Positions 51,641 to 64,000 of a stretch of 64,000 nucleotides of DNA are shown in pieces. The stretch comes from the human T2T-CHM13v2.0 reference genome, Homo sapiens. Location: NCBI GenBank assembly GCA_009914755.4, contig CP068257.2:19616001-19680000 (forward strand), given 5' to 3'. Within the stretch, counting starts at the first letter, position 1. Each line of letters opens with the position of its first letter. A model generated the notes under the pieces. It was not told where the DNA came from and searched no databases. It worked only from the letters and a program-made list of their open reading frames with translations. The position numbers and the translations under genes are program-made.

Positions 51641-52130
51641 ACAAATTTACAAGAAAAAAACAAACAACCCCATCAAAAAGTGGGCGAAGGACATGAACAG
51701 ACACTTCTCAAAAGAAGACATTTATGCAGCCAAAAAATACATGAAAAAATGCTCATCATCACTGGCCATCAGAGAAATGCAAATCAAAACCACTATGAGA
51801 TATCATCTCACACCAGTTAGAATGGCAATCATTAAAAAGTCAGGAAACAACAGGTGCTGGAGAGGATGTGGAGAAATAGGAACACTTTTACACTGTTGGT
51901 GGGACTGTAAACTAGTTCAACCATTGTGGAAGTCAGTGTGGCGATTCCTCAGGGATCTAGAACTAGAAATACCATTTGACCCAGCCATCCCATTAGTGGG
52001 TATATACCCAAAGGACTATAAATCATGCTGCTATAAAGACACATGCACACGTATGTTTATTGCGGCATTATTCACAATAGCAAAGACTTGGAACCAACCC
52101 AAATGTCCAACAATGATAGACTGGATTAAG
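51641..52130 (+). mobile_element. Younger L1 insertion, sense ORF2 part. This segment and 51262-51640 are adjacent in L1 coordinates but in opposite orientation. A 13-bp TSD, tttggggtctttt, lies at 51249-51261 and 52131-52143.
   Basis: ORF-track entry 51693..52157 (+) reads [146 protein letters not shown], which is the L1 ORF2 C-terminal region. The sequence ends …gactggattaag. Confidence 0.9.
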
Positions 52131-52398
52131 TTTGGGGTCTTTTATTTGAATCTTTAAACCATCTTGAGTTAATTTTTGTATCTGATGAAAGGTAAGGGTC
52201 CAGTTTCAATCTTCTGCGTATGACCAGCCAGTTATCCCAGCACTATTTAATGAATAGGGAGTTCTTTCCCCAGTGCTTGTTTTTTTGGCCTTGTTGAAGC
52301 TGAAATGATTCTAAGTGTATGATTTTTCTATTCTGTTCCATTGAACTATGTGTCTGTTTTTTCTGTACCAGTACCACATTGTTTTGGTTATGCTTATC
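52131..52398 (-). mobile_element. Older L1, inverted ORF2 segment, right part.
   Basis: The sequence tttggggtcttttatttgaatctttaaaccatcttgagttaatttttgtatctgatgaaaggtaagggtccagtttcaatcttctgcgtatgaccagccagttatcccagcactatttaatgaatagggagttctttcccc…gtaccagtaccacattgttttgg is the antisense of L1. Confidence 0.85.
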
Positions 52399-53117
52399 AT
52401 CACTAATCATCAGATAGATGCAAATCAAAACCACAATGAGATACTGTCTCACACCACTCAGAAGGCTATTATTAAAAAGTCAAAAAAGCAACAGATGTTG
52501 AAGGCTGCAGAGAAAAGGGAATGTATATAACTATTGTTGGAAATGTAAGTCAGTTCAGCCACTGTGGAAAGCAGTTTGGAGACTTCTTAAGAAACTTAAA
52601 ACAGATATACTATTCAACCCAGCAATCTCTTTACTGGGTATATACCCAAAGGAATATAGATCATTATACCAAAAAGGCATAGAGACGTGTATGTTCATCA
52701 CTGCACTATTCACAATAGTACACACATGGAATCAACCTAGATTCCCATCAATATTGGATTGGATAAATAAAATGTATTACATATGCAACATGAAATACTA
52801 TGCAGCCATAAAAAGAATGAAGTCATGTCCTTTGCAGTGACATGGATGAAGCTGGAGACCATAATCGTAAGTGATCTAGTGCAAGAACTGAAAACCAATA
52901 CCACATATTTTCACTTGCAAGTAAGGGCTAATCCTTGAACACACATGAACCTCCGCATGGGAACCATAGACACTGCAGAATACTAGAGCAGGGAGGGAGA
53001 AAGGGAGGCGTGGGCTGAAGAACGACCTTTTGGGTACTATGCAAACTGCTTGGGTGTAATGTGCCCATGTGACAAACCTGCACATGTACCCCTGTATCTA
53101 AAGTTGAAAAAAAAAAG
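52399..53117 (+). mobile_element. Older L1, sense 3' portion (ORF2 C-terminus, 3'UTR and poly-A). Together with the inverted segment to its left it forms a twin-priming-like structure.
   Basis: The sequence runs …atcactaatcatcagatagatgcaaatcaaaaccacaatgagatactgtctcacaccactcagaaggctattattaaaaagtc…atgcagccataaaaagaatgaagtcatgtcctttgcagtgacatggatgaagctggagacc…gtgcccatgtgacaaacctgcacatgtacccctgtatctaaagttgaaaaaaaaaag. Confidence 0.85.
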
Positions 53118-54923
53118 AATATAAAGCTTTAAAAAGAAGTCAGAAGTGGAAATGAAAACATAGTAAACTTTATGAAATGCTAAAAAAGATAGTGACTATA
53201 GTGAATGTATCTATTATCCATAATAATTTCTAAAAATGTCATATAACCGTGCAATATGTATTTTCTTTTAAGTGGATTCTTACCCTTTTTTCACTCAAAA
53301 ATTATTTTGAGATTCATTTATGTTATCCCATGCCATAATATGTCATCTCTTTTTATTGCTATTAGTATTCAATTTTAAGAAGATTTCACAATTTTCTTAC
53401 CCATTCACCAAAATGGCTTTTGGGAAGTTTCAGATTTTTGGCTTACAAATATATACATATTTATATATTATCTTGGTATGGGCATGTTTTTATATCTCTT
53501 GGTTAAATACCTGTGAGAGGTAATGGCTGGATCACATGCCAAGTGTATGTTTATCACTTTTAAAAAACACTTCCTAAAAGTTTTCCAAAGTGATTGTACT
53601 ATTTTACCTTCCCCAAAGCAGTGTACGGGTATTTCGGGTATTTCACTTGCTCCACATCCTCACCAAAACTTGACATACTCAGGACTTTATGTTTAGACAT
53701 CCTAATACATGTTTAGTGGTTTCATGTTGTGGATTTAATTTGCATTTCCCTAATGCCTCAGGATGTTAAACATCTTCTCATATACAACTCAGCATTGATC
53801 ATTTTTGGTAAAATGTCTTTTCAAATATTTAACGTAGTTTTAACTGGGCTGTTTTCTTATTATTGAGTTTACTGAATTCTTTATGTATTTGGAATGTAAT
53901 CCACTTACCAAATATGTGATTTAGAAATATTTTTATCCAATCTGTGGCTTGTTTTTCTATTTTTTAACCACTGCCTTTCAGTGGGTGAAAGATGTTGATG
54001 AGGTTTAATTTTTCTTTTTTCATATGAATCATGCTTATTGTTTCAAATCTACGAATGTATTGTGTAAAACAAATATGTTAATACTAAGATTTTCCCCAAT
54101 TCTTCTTTCTAGAAGTTTTGTAGTTGTTGTTTTTAAGTTTAGATTTATGATAATTTTTTCTTAATTTCTTACGATATTGTGACAAATTGGCGAAAGGTTT
54201 TGTTTGGTTTGTTGTATTTTTTTTTTGGCATGTGAATGTCCGATTTTTCATCATTGGCTAAAAACACCGTACTTTAGCAACAGAATTGCCTTTTCATTAT
54301 TTAAAATATATTTTAATATATGTGTTTTAGGGAATCTATTCTGTTCCATTGATCTATTTATTTGTCCCTTTACACCAACAAAAGCCGTTATGATAAGTTA
54401 GAATAATGTATTATAAGTCCTCCAACTTTGTTCATCTTTTCAAAGTAGTTTTAATATAGAATAAAATACTCTAGGTTCTGTTCATTTCCATATTAATTTT
54501 AGAATCAAGCTTTCAATTTTTACATATACATATGCACTAACACACACATACACATCCACTACCATAACTTTGATTAGAATTGTGTTGAAGCTATAGATCA
54601 CTTTGAGAATAATTGTCTTCTTGACATTATTGATCCTTCTGTTCCAGAAACAGAAAATCTCTGTATATTCAGGTCTCTTTAATTTCTCTCAGCAGTGTTC
54701 TTAAGTGTTTTTTATACAGTCCTAACTCATCTTTTGGCAGATTTATCTCTAATTATTCCATATATTTTGATGCTATTATAAACCACATTTTAATTGTTAA
54801 TTGTAGCATCATATATAAAGATAGATAATATATTCTGAAATGTACTAAATTCATTTATTATAGTAGTTCATAATTAGCTTATGGTTCCGTAGAATTCTCT
54901 ACATAAATGATAATATCACTGTG

Positions 54924-55240
<317 letters not shown>

Positions 55241-55539
55241 TCACTATGAATAAAGACACTTTTACTTATTCCTTTCCAATCTGTATGTTTTTCCACTTTC
55301 GCTTATTATACTGGGTAGACAGACTCTCCTGGTGAATAGAAATGATACAATTGAACACACTTGGCCTTGTCCATAAACTTTGGGAGACAGGGCATTCATT
55401 CTTTTAATATCAAATGTTTTTAGATATAGGCTTTTCAGGGATTTTTAAAATCAGGTTGAGAAACTGACCTTTTCCTAAATTACTGAGTTTTTTTATCAAT
55501 AATGAATTTTTCTCTGTCTGCCTCCTTTCTGATCAGACT

Positions 55540-56394
55540 GGATAGAGTTTTATTAGTTATATTGATCTCTCAAAGAAACAGCTTTTGGTTTTTCTTGATT
55601 TTATATTTGTTTTTCCTTTTCCTATTTTATCAGCGTGCCATCTGATCTTTATTATTTTATCTTTCTGGCTTATTTGGAGGTATATTGATCTTTTTTTCTG
55701 TTTTCTCAAGGTTAAACCTGATAATACTGATTTGAAATCTTTCTTGTCTTCTAATGCATGTATTTAGTGCTGAATAATTCCCTATATGTCTACTTCAACT
55801 TTATTTCACAAGTTTTGATATATTGCATATACATTGCCATTCATTTTAAAATGTTTTGTAATTTCCCTTTTGACTTATTATTTATCCCATGAAACATTTA
55901 GAAGTATGCACTTAGCTTCCAATTATATGTGGATTTTCCAGAGATAGTTCTGTCATGAATTTCTAATTTGATTCTAATGAGGTCAGAGAACATACTATGA
56001 TTTAGATCAAGTATATTCCTGATGCACTTAAAAAGAATGTGTATTTTGTTGATGTTGGTTAATGTTTTGGTAATTATCAGTTAGGTTACAGTCAATTGGT
56101 AATGTTAATCAAGTCTTCTGTATCTTTTTAACCTACTTGCTCTATTAGTTATTGAGAAATAGCTGTTTAAACTCTAATAAAATTAAGAATTTGTCTATTT
56201 CTTTTCACAGTTCTGTCAGTTTATTCTCCATGTATTTTAAGCTCTCTTATTATATAGATAAAAGTTTAGAATCATGATGTCCTCCTGATGAATTGACGTC
56301 TTTCTCATTAGGAATTGATTCTGTTTATTCCGGATAATATTTGCTCCAATACCTGAGTGTTAGCAATATAGCTACCCCAGCATTTTTTGCATTA
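55540..56394 (-). mobile_element. Antisense fragment of an old L1 (ORF2 mid-region).
   Basis: The sequence …tctcaaagaaacagcttttggtttttcttgatttt…aaaaagaatgtgtattttgttgatgttgg…agcaatatagctaccccagcattttttgcattaaggattacatggtgtatcttttttcc resembles the antisense of L1M/L1P ORF2. Confidence 0.55.
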
Positions 56395-57335
56395 AGGATT
56401 ACATGGTGTATCTTTTTTCCTTTCTTTTAATTTTAACATATTTTAATTTTGAGGGAACATAGTAGGCATATATATTTATGGGGTACATGAGATTTTCTGA
56501 TACAAGGATGCAATGTGAAAGAAGCACATTCACATGAGAATGGGGTATCTATCTCCTCAAGTGTTTTTCCTTTGAGTTACAAACAATCCAGTTACACTCT
56601 AAGAGATTTTAAAATGTGCAATTGCATTGTTATTGACTATAGTCACCCTGTTATGGTATCAAATAGTAAGTCTTATTGATTCTTTCTATTTTTGTACCCA
56701 TTTACCATCCCCACCTCCTCCCCCAACCCCCTACTACAATTCCCAGCCCCTGTTAATTATCCTTGTACTCTCTGTTCCCTGAATTCAATTGCTTTGATGT
56801 TTAGATCCTACAAATAAGTGAGAGTATGCAATGTTTGCTCTTCTGTGCCTGGCTTATTTCACTTAACGTAATGATCTGCAGTTCTATCCATGTGGTTGCA
56901 AATAAGCATTTACCTATACTTAAAGTGGGTTTTTGTAGGATGTGTACAGTTGTGGTTTTTTTAATCCATTCTGACAGTCTCTACCTTTGAATTAGAGTGC
57001 CACACATTGAATATATTACTGATGTAATTGGGTTTAAGCCTATTACATCTTGCTATGTATTGTCTGATATCTGTTCATAGTTTTATTTTTCTTCTGTTTC
57101 TTCATTTTTGAATATTTTAATGAATCAATTAATTTCCTATTTTGTCTTGTTAACTATAACTCGTTCTTATTTTAGTACGTGGTTTTCAGTCTTTTTTCAA
57201 ATGCTGTTGCACTACTTCACATATAATGTAAAAAATACCCCCTCCAGCCTTTGTGCTAAGTTTATCAGATATTTTTACATTAATCATAAAACTCATAATA
57301 GTTTTCTATTTCTGCTCCAACAAATTACAACAAAT
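56395..57335 (-). mobile_element. Antisense L1M-type element. It comprises a poly-T, the 3'UTR and the ORF2 C-terminal region.
   Basis: The sequence …ttaattttgagggaacatagtaggcatatatatttatggggtacatgagattttctgatacaaggatgcaatgtgaaagaagcacattcacatgagaatggggtatctatctcctcaag…gtcaccctgttatggtatcaaatagtaagtcttattgattc…tttgtacccatttaccatccccacctcctccccc…aaataagtgagagtatgcaatgtttgctcttctgtgcctggcttatttcacttaacgtaatgatctgcagttctatccatgtggttgcaaataagc… matches the antisense of the L1M 3' end. Confidence 0.75.
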
Positions 57336-57339
57336 TTTG

Positions 57340-57900
57340 TGGCTCAAAACAGCAGAAATTAATAATTAGGTCAGAAGTCCACATAGGCTCTGCTGGGATC
57401 TGCTCAGTATATTATAAGATCACGATCCAGGGGTCAGCAAGACTATGATCTTTTCTGGAGGCTCTGAGGCAGAATCCTTCCTAATGTCATTCAGGTTTTT
57501 GGCAGAATCCAGCCTCTTTCTTCTGTTGGACTGAGGTCCTGTTGGCTTGCTTGAAGTCACCTGCAGGAGGGTGCCTTTACCTTTGAGCAATTCCCTTCTG
57601 AACCTTGAATGGGAATCTCTAAAGCTCTGTAGCAGCAGTATGTTAAATCCAACCCATACTTGGAATATTTCTGACACATCTCTCTTCTGCTGCATCTCTT
57701 CTGCCTTCCTCTTCTTCTTACAGCTGAAGAGAAATCTCTGCTTTTAATATCAGATGAAAAGGGGATCATGTGATTGGTCTCGCCTAGATAATTCATGATA
57801 ATTTCCTCACTTAATGTCTGTAACTTTAAAAAACACCTGCAAAGTCTTTTTAAATCATGATATTTAATGTGTTCATAGATGGCCAGGTGTTAGGGCATTG
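57340..57900 (+). mobile_element. LTR-like interspersed repeat, unclassified (possibly MaLR/MLT1-type).
   Basis: The sequence ttttgtggctcaaaacagcagaaattaat…tctggaggctctgaggcagaatccttcc…cagcctctttcttctgttgg…gacatctttgggaagagacattattcttccc has the motif order typical of MLT1/MST-type LTRs. The match is from memory only. Confidence 0.35.
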
Positions 57901-60900
57901 ACATCTTTGGGAAGAGACATTATTCTTCCCCCAACAACTGTGCTATGCATACACACATACACACACACACACACGTACACACACTATGTATAGATTCAAA
58001 CTTCCAATTAGCTCATATTCATAAATTATTACATTAAAATTAATGTTAAAGTTATTAGAAAAAAGTATTTTATATTTATCTACATAGTTACTATTCACAA
58101 GGCTTTTCAATACTTTGTGTAAATCCAGATTTCTATCTGGTATAAGTTCCCAGATGCTTGAATGACTTCCTTTAGCATTTCTTGTAGTGCACTTCTGTTG
58201 TTAATGATTCAGTTCACCTACTGTATGTCTGAGAAAACCTTTTTTTACTTTTATATATAAAATACATTTTTGCTGGATATAGAATTCTAAATGAACAGAT
58301 TTTATTTTTTCAGTACTATAAACATTATGAATCATTATGTTTGCCTGAGTTTTTTTAGATACAAACTCCTCTGACATTTTGTTCCTCTGTACATAAAGTA
58401 TCCCATCCAACCAGTCACCCCCAGATTCTTAGAGATTTTTGCTTTATCGCTTTTCTTAAGCAGTGTGGATACATTATACCTTGGTGAAGCTTTCTTCATC
58501 ATACTTGTACCCAGGTTTTGGTGATGACCTTGATTGATCATTTTTAACAAATTTAGAAAAGTTTTAGTCATTAGATGTTCACATATTGTTCTCTGTCCCA
58601 CATTCCTTTGGGACTCCAATTTCACATATATAGGCTACTTGAATGTTCCAACTGATCTTGATCTTATCTTTCATTTTCCGGATAATTTTCAGAAAATAAT
58701 CTTATCTTTCATTTTTGATCATTTTCTTTCCTTTTTTTCCTTTTTGTATTAATTTTTGGATATTCTCTCTTATTACATGTTCTAGTTTACTAATCTTTTC
58801 TTTGGCAATGTTTAATCCACTGTTCATTCTGCTGAAGGCTTCATCTCAGGCACTTTAGCTTTTAATATGTAGACACATGATTTTTAAAATACCTACCCCA
58901 GAACTGAAAATGAAAATAAAAATAAGTTAAATTTCTGTGAAGTCTTCAACATGATCAGTCTTTCATCTAGATTTTTGGTTGCATGGAATGCCATCATAAT
59001 AACTGATTTAATGTTATTGTGTACTATCATCTGTTATTCCTGGGTTAGTTTTTGGCCAATTATATTTTATCCTCATTATATCTTATATTTCCTGCTTCTT
59101 TTCATAATAATTTTAGCATGGATGCTAGATGTTATAAATGTTACCTCTTTATCTGCTGTTTTTTTGTTTTGTTGTTCTTTTCAATATTTTAGACCTTTTT
59201 TTTCTAGAAATACAGATGAACTACTTGGAAACAGTTTAATCCTTCAGTCTGTGCCTTTAAGCTTTGTTAAGTTTGATCAGAATAGCTCTGGACTTTCTTT
59301 GCCCCACCCATGAGATAAGAATGTTTCTGAATTCTTTATCTGTCATGCATTAGGAGTTGATTTTATTCTGGCTCATGAGAGTATGAACTTTTGTTTGCTC
59401 TGTTTGAGCTTGGAAGTTGTTCCTTCCAATTCTTTTGCACAGTTCTTTCCCTGGCCTCAGTTACTTTCCTCTCATGGGTGCACTCATCAGTACTCATCTG
59501 GAGGCTCCAGGGTTAATCACTGCAAATCTCAGGGAATCCTCACTTTGCCATTAAGTCCTGTCTGGCACTGTGGCCTGTGAACTATAGCCAATATCCACTT
59601 CTCTGTACTATTAGCACTACCTCCGCACTCAGAGAGACCTCTAAACTCCAACTGAGATCCTCATTCCTGTGCTGCAATCTAGAAACTCTCTCTAGACAGT
59701 AAGCTGAGACACAGCAGGACTCACCTCATTTCCCCCCATATTTTAGGAATTTCTATTGAATGATTTCATTGACTGATTCACAAAGTCTTGAAAAACAGTT
59801 GTTTTATACAATGTTTCTGACATTTTTAGCTGTTTCAGGTGCTAAGATAAATTGGGTATACGTTTCTGCATCTTGGTTGGAAACTGATATTTTTAGATAT
59901 ATGTTTCAGTACAGCAAACAAAATTTCAGTGTTCTAAGGTTTTGAAAAATGTATCCTAGTAATAGGAAGACCTGACTTCTAAATATTTTAATCTCTCATT
60001 CTGTACTAAACTCAAAGCAATTTCAGATAGCTATGTCTGAATTTCACTTTCTTCCTACTTTATCCATACATCTTGTTCTATAATAAATTATTTTTATTAA
60101 TTAATTACTTTAATTCTCCCTCAGGTTTGCCAGTGAATTTTTAACAGCAGGGTATCACAATGGTTTTTTCAAAATATGTAGCACTATGAACTGAAACATG
60201 GCCCACATTTTAGGTGTCTCAGGAACATGAAGAATATACAACCAGTGCAATCTGAAGTTCATAACAAAGACAAACAGTAGGAAGTGAAGGAATCTTCAGA
60301 ATACTTTGGGTAGATCAGAGCAATGATTTAAAGAAAGAGAAGAGTCTGATGAACTGAAGTAGAAACAGGCATTCCTTGAAGAAGAGTCATGATTCCCTCA
60401 AATAGGCAGAATTAAAAATGTTTTTCTGCTTTAGATCAGGAACTGACTTCTCCAGGAGGATGGGCTGTTTCAGAGTATCAGCTTATTGAATCTGATTGTA
60501 ACTGTTACAAAACACAATGACAATTTTTTAACTATCAATATGATTTTTAATATTTGCATGTTTGTTTTCAAGTTAACATACAGTAAAATTCACTTTTTTA
60601 ATTGTAGAATTCTATGAATTTTAACGTATACATAGATTCATCTTGGCTCTACTACAGTCAGTATACAGAATTGTTCTTTCACCCCAAATCACTCTCTAAT
60701 CCCTTTATAGTCACTTCCTCTTTCAACCTCTAAACTCTGACAACCACCACTTCTTTCCCTGCCATTATAATTTTATCTTTTCCAGAGTGCCATATTAGCA
60801 CAGCTTTAGAACAGCTTTATAGTAAGTCCCACAGTTGAGACCTACTTCTCAGGAAATATTTCTTTCAAAATATCACAGTGCACTGGCAATGCACTTAAAA

Positions 60901-61223
60901 TCAGGTAGTATCATTTATCCAACTGTTCTTTTACAAAAGGTTCTAGAAATTATAATTTATTTGCCTTCCATTGAAAGTTTCACAACAATTTGTCTACACA
61001 AACATATCAAGCTGGGATTTTAATCACAATTGTAAAGGAGCTTTATATTAGTTTTAAAAGAATTTTACTTTTTTTCTATCTTGAGTCTACAAATATATTA
61101 ACATGGTATATATTTTTGTTGTTGTTGTTGGCCTAGTGTTTGGGACATCAATATGCTTTTGTTAAATGAATGAACGAATAACAAAAATGACTTTATGCAA
61201 AAGATGGTTACAAATATGGGGCA

Positions 61224-61528
61224 TTTTTTTTTTTTTTTTTTTTTTTGAGACGGAGTCTCACTCTGTGGCCCAGGCTGGAGTGCAATGATGCAATCTCCGC
61301 TCACTGCAAGCTCTGCCTGCTGGGTTCACGCCATTCTCCTTCCTCAGCCTCCTGAGTCGCTGGGACTACAGGCACCCGCCACCACGCCCAGCTAATTTTT
61401 TTGTATTTTTAGTGGAGACGGGGTTTCACCGTGTTAGCCAGGAGGGTCTCGATCTCCTGACCTCGTGATCCACCCACCTCAGCCTCCCAAAGTTCTGGGA
61501 TTACAGGCGTGATCCACTGCGCCCGGCC
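61224..61528 (-). mobile_element. Alu (AluY-like) in antisense orientation with a 23-nt poly-T.
   Basis: The sequence runs tttttttttttttttttttttttgagacggagtctcactctgtggcccaggctggagtgcaatg…ctgggattacaggcgtgatccactgcgcccggcc. Confidence 0.95.
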
Positions 61529-62157
61529 CATGGTATGACTTCTTATTTACTAAAGTCTTCTTTTGTTTCCGTTATCAGATCCTTGTAGTTTTCAACATTC
61601 AGATATCATACATAAATTTTGCTTGATTGGTACCTAAGTGTGATAGTTTTGGAGCTGTTGTACATTTTTTTAAAAAAAATTTTGGTTTCCAAATGTTTAT
61701 TGCTAATATGCATATGAGATTTGATTTGGGGTGTTTTTCTTTAATCCTTTGACTGTGTTACACTCAACAATTAGTTCTAGCAATATTTTTGAAGGTTCCT
61801 TGAGTTTATATTGTATATAACAATCTATTTCTAATTTCTGCAAATTGGAAAAGATTTCTTTCTTTTCTGACTGTACGTCTTAAATCTATTTTTACTTGAG
61901 TGCTGTGTTGTTCTTTCAGCATGAGGTTTAATAGGAGAGCTGACAGCGAATTTCCTTACTTGCTCCCAGTCTTACAGATAAAGTATTCACTTCTTTACCT
62001 ATATATCAATGTTAGGTCTAAATTTTTTGGCAGGTGTTTTTCATCATGATAAGGAAGTCTTCCTTTATTCATAGTTTGCTCAGAGATTTTATCATGAGTG
62101 GATGAGGAATTTTGTTGTTTTTTTGTTTTAGCATCAACTCATGTTATTACATGATTT

Positions 62158-62412
62158 TTTCTTTAAACTGTTAAGTTGGATAAATTAATTGAGTATTGAT
62201 TAATATGCTTAATATAGTTAATATAATTTAATAATACTCAATATACTTAATATAATTTAATTATCTTCAATTAATTTATCCACCTAACAGTTTAAAGAAC
62301 AATTATTTAATAATATTAGGTTCAGAGGTTTCTGAAGCTCTATTCATTAATGTCATATAATTAAATTATATTAATACTCAATTAATCTATCCAACCTAAC
62401 ACTTTAAAGAAA
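62158..62412. repeat. AT-rich element of about 255 bp bounded by inverted repeats of about 45 bp (62159-62205 against 62365-62412), with an internal third copy at 62262-62300. It is a candidate MITE or foldback element.
   Basis: The left arm is ttctttaaactgttaagttggataaattaattgagtatt. The reverse complement of the right arm is ttctttaaagtgttaggttggatagattaattgagtattaat. The internal copy is tcaattaatttatccacctaacagtttaaagaac. Confidence 0.6.
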
Positions 62413-64000
62413 CTGTTTGCTGATAACAGTATTGTGTCAGCCTTATATTCACAGGAAAAAGAAAAAAAAACTTAATGTTGATATATTTCTATTTACAGCT
62501 AGATTTTTTTTCTAATTTTTTAATAAAAGCACCTATTTTCATGAAATATTGGTATGTAGGTTTATTTTCTTGTACCATATATGACATGTTAAATTATCAG
62601 CATAATGCTGTGTTCATAAAAATGGGTTGAAAAACATTCCCTCCTCTTATATTTTCTGAAAGAGATTTTACAGAAATGCTATTGTTTCTTCTTTAAATAT
62701 TTTTTAAATTCAACAGATAAACTGAGTCTGAACATTTCCTTTCAGGAGACTTTTGATTTATCTTTAAATAAATGTATTTTTTATATTTCTTTAATAATTA
62801 TAGGATTGTTTTTGTTATATATTTTATTTTGAGTAACTTTGTGGTTTCTGATTTTCAAGGATGTGGTTCGTATTTTCAACATTGATAAGTTTGTGTGCAT
62901 AATGTTATCTGGATTTTTTTAAATATTTTTATTAGCTGTACAATCTGTGCTGATATCTCTTCTTTCAATCCTGATATTGGCAATATGTGTCATCTCTCCT
63001 TTTTTCATCCTGAGTCTTGCTGGAGGTTTAATCATTGTATTCTTATTCCAAATAAACTTCATTTAAAAAAATTTTCTCTATTTTGTTCTGTTTTCAATTT
63101 CATTATTATCCTTTTATTTTATATTGTTTTCTTCCTCCTGCTTAATTTTTGCTTATTTTGCTCTTGTTTATCTAGTTTATTAGGCTATCCCAAAGAGTAA
63201 TTGTGAATTTGTTCCAATTTTTTTTGTCTGTCAGATTTTGCTTTATATATTTTGAAGCACTTTTTCAAGTTGAATGCACATGTAGGATTGTCATATTTTC
63301 CTGCTTAATTGGCCTTTTTATCATTATGTAATATTCTATTTTACATCTTTTAATTTCATTTGTTCTGAAACCTACATTTTCTGATATTGACATAGCCACT
63401 GCAGCTTTCTTTTGATTAACATTTGAATGGCATATTTTTTCTATTGTTTTTATTTTATTCTAGTTTTATCATTACATTTCAAGTGATTTCTTATAGACAG
63501 CATATAGTTAGGTTATATTTTATTCATTATGCCAGTTTCTGTGTTTTTATTCATGAAATTAAGCCATTTACACTTCATTCAGATTTACACATCATTCATT
63601 TAAAATGTTATTTTAGTCTGTTCTTTTTGTCTTTCATTCTTCTATTTTCCCTGCTCTAAATTCTTGATTATTGAACATTATTTAGAATTGTATTTTACTG
63701 TATCTATAATGTTTCTGGCTATATCTGTTTTCACAATTTGTGGGGAGGGGGTGTTGCCGTTGTAATTCAATGTCCCTATTTAAGTTAGAATCAATGTTTA
63801 CCATTTCAATTTGAATGTAGAAAGTATAGCATCATATAGGTCCCTACATCTTCTCTTTATATCATACTTTTCCTGTGTATTATACCTCCATTCATTGAAA
63901 ATTCCATCAGAGAATTTGTTTTATTCTTTCAACCATTAAATTACTTTAAATAACTTAAAAAGTGAATAGTGTGACATATTTCTCAGATATTTACCGTTTG

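Noticed and set aside
51693-52157. A 154-aa ORF with a clear protein-like sequence.
   Set aside because: It is the C-terminal part of L1 ORF2 (…[76 protein letters not shown]…) from a 5'-truncated, rearranged L1. It is a transposon remnant and not a host gene.

Overview
This window is human nuclear DNA, not a prokaryotic locus. Alu SINEs, L1 LINEs, MaLR LTRs, a MIR, a MADE1 MITE, many microsatellites and GT-AG introns are all present. Most of the six-frame ORF track is therefore artefact, mainly translated repeats. From the parts I can match to the human NCAM2 protein as I remember it, the window covers the 3' part of NCAM2 intron 1 through intron 5 on the + strand. It contains four coding exons (exons 2-5) that encode Ig domain 1 and most of Ig domain 2. 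Roughly half of the window is interspersed repeat sequence. This includes a full-length ancient L1 that carries a nested THE1 LTR and a 1.1-kb compound microsatellite. It also includes two L1 insertions with inverted (twin-priming-like) architecture, one nested inside the other with a clean target-site duplication. Several 5'-truncated L1 3' ends have perfect TSDs, and eight Alus have recognisable TSDs. I found no operon, defence system or CRISPR array. The periodic TA/TG repeat is a eukaryotic microsatellite. The things most worth a second look are the exon assignments, repeats close to splice sites, the rearranged L1 elements, the MADE1 hairpin and an AT-rich inverted-repeat element. Coordinates of repeat boundaries are approximate (within about 10 bp) unless a TSD is given.
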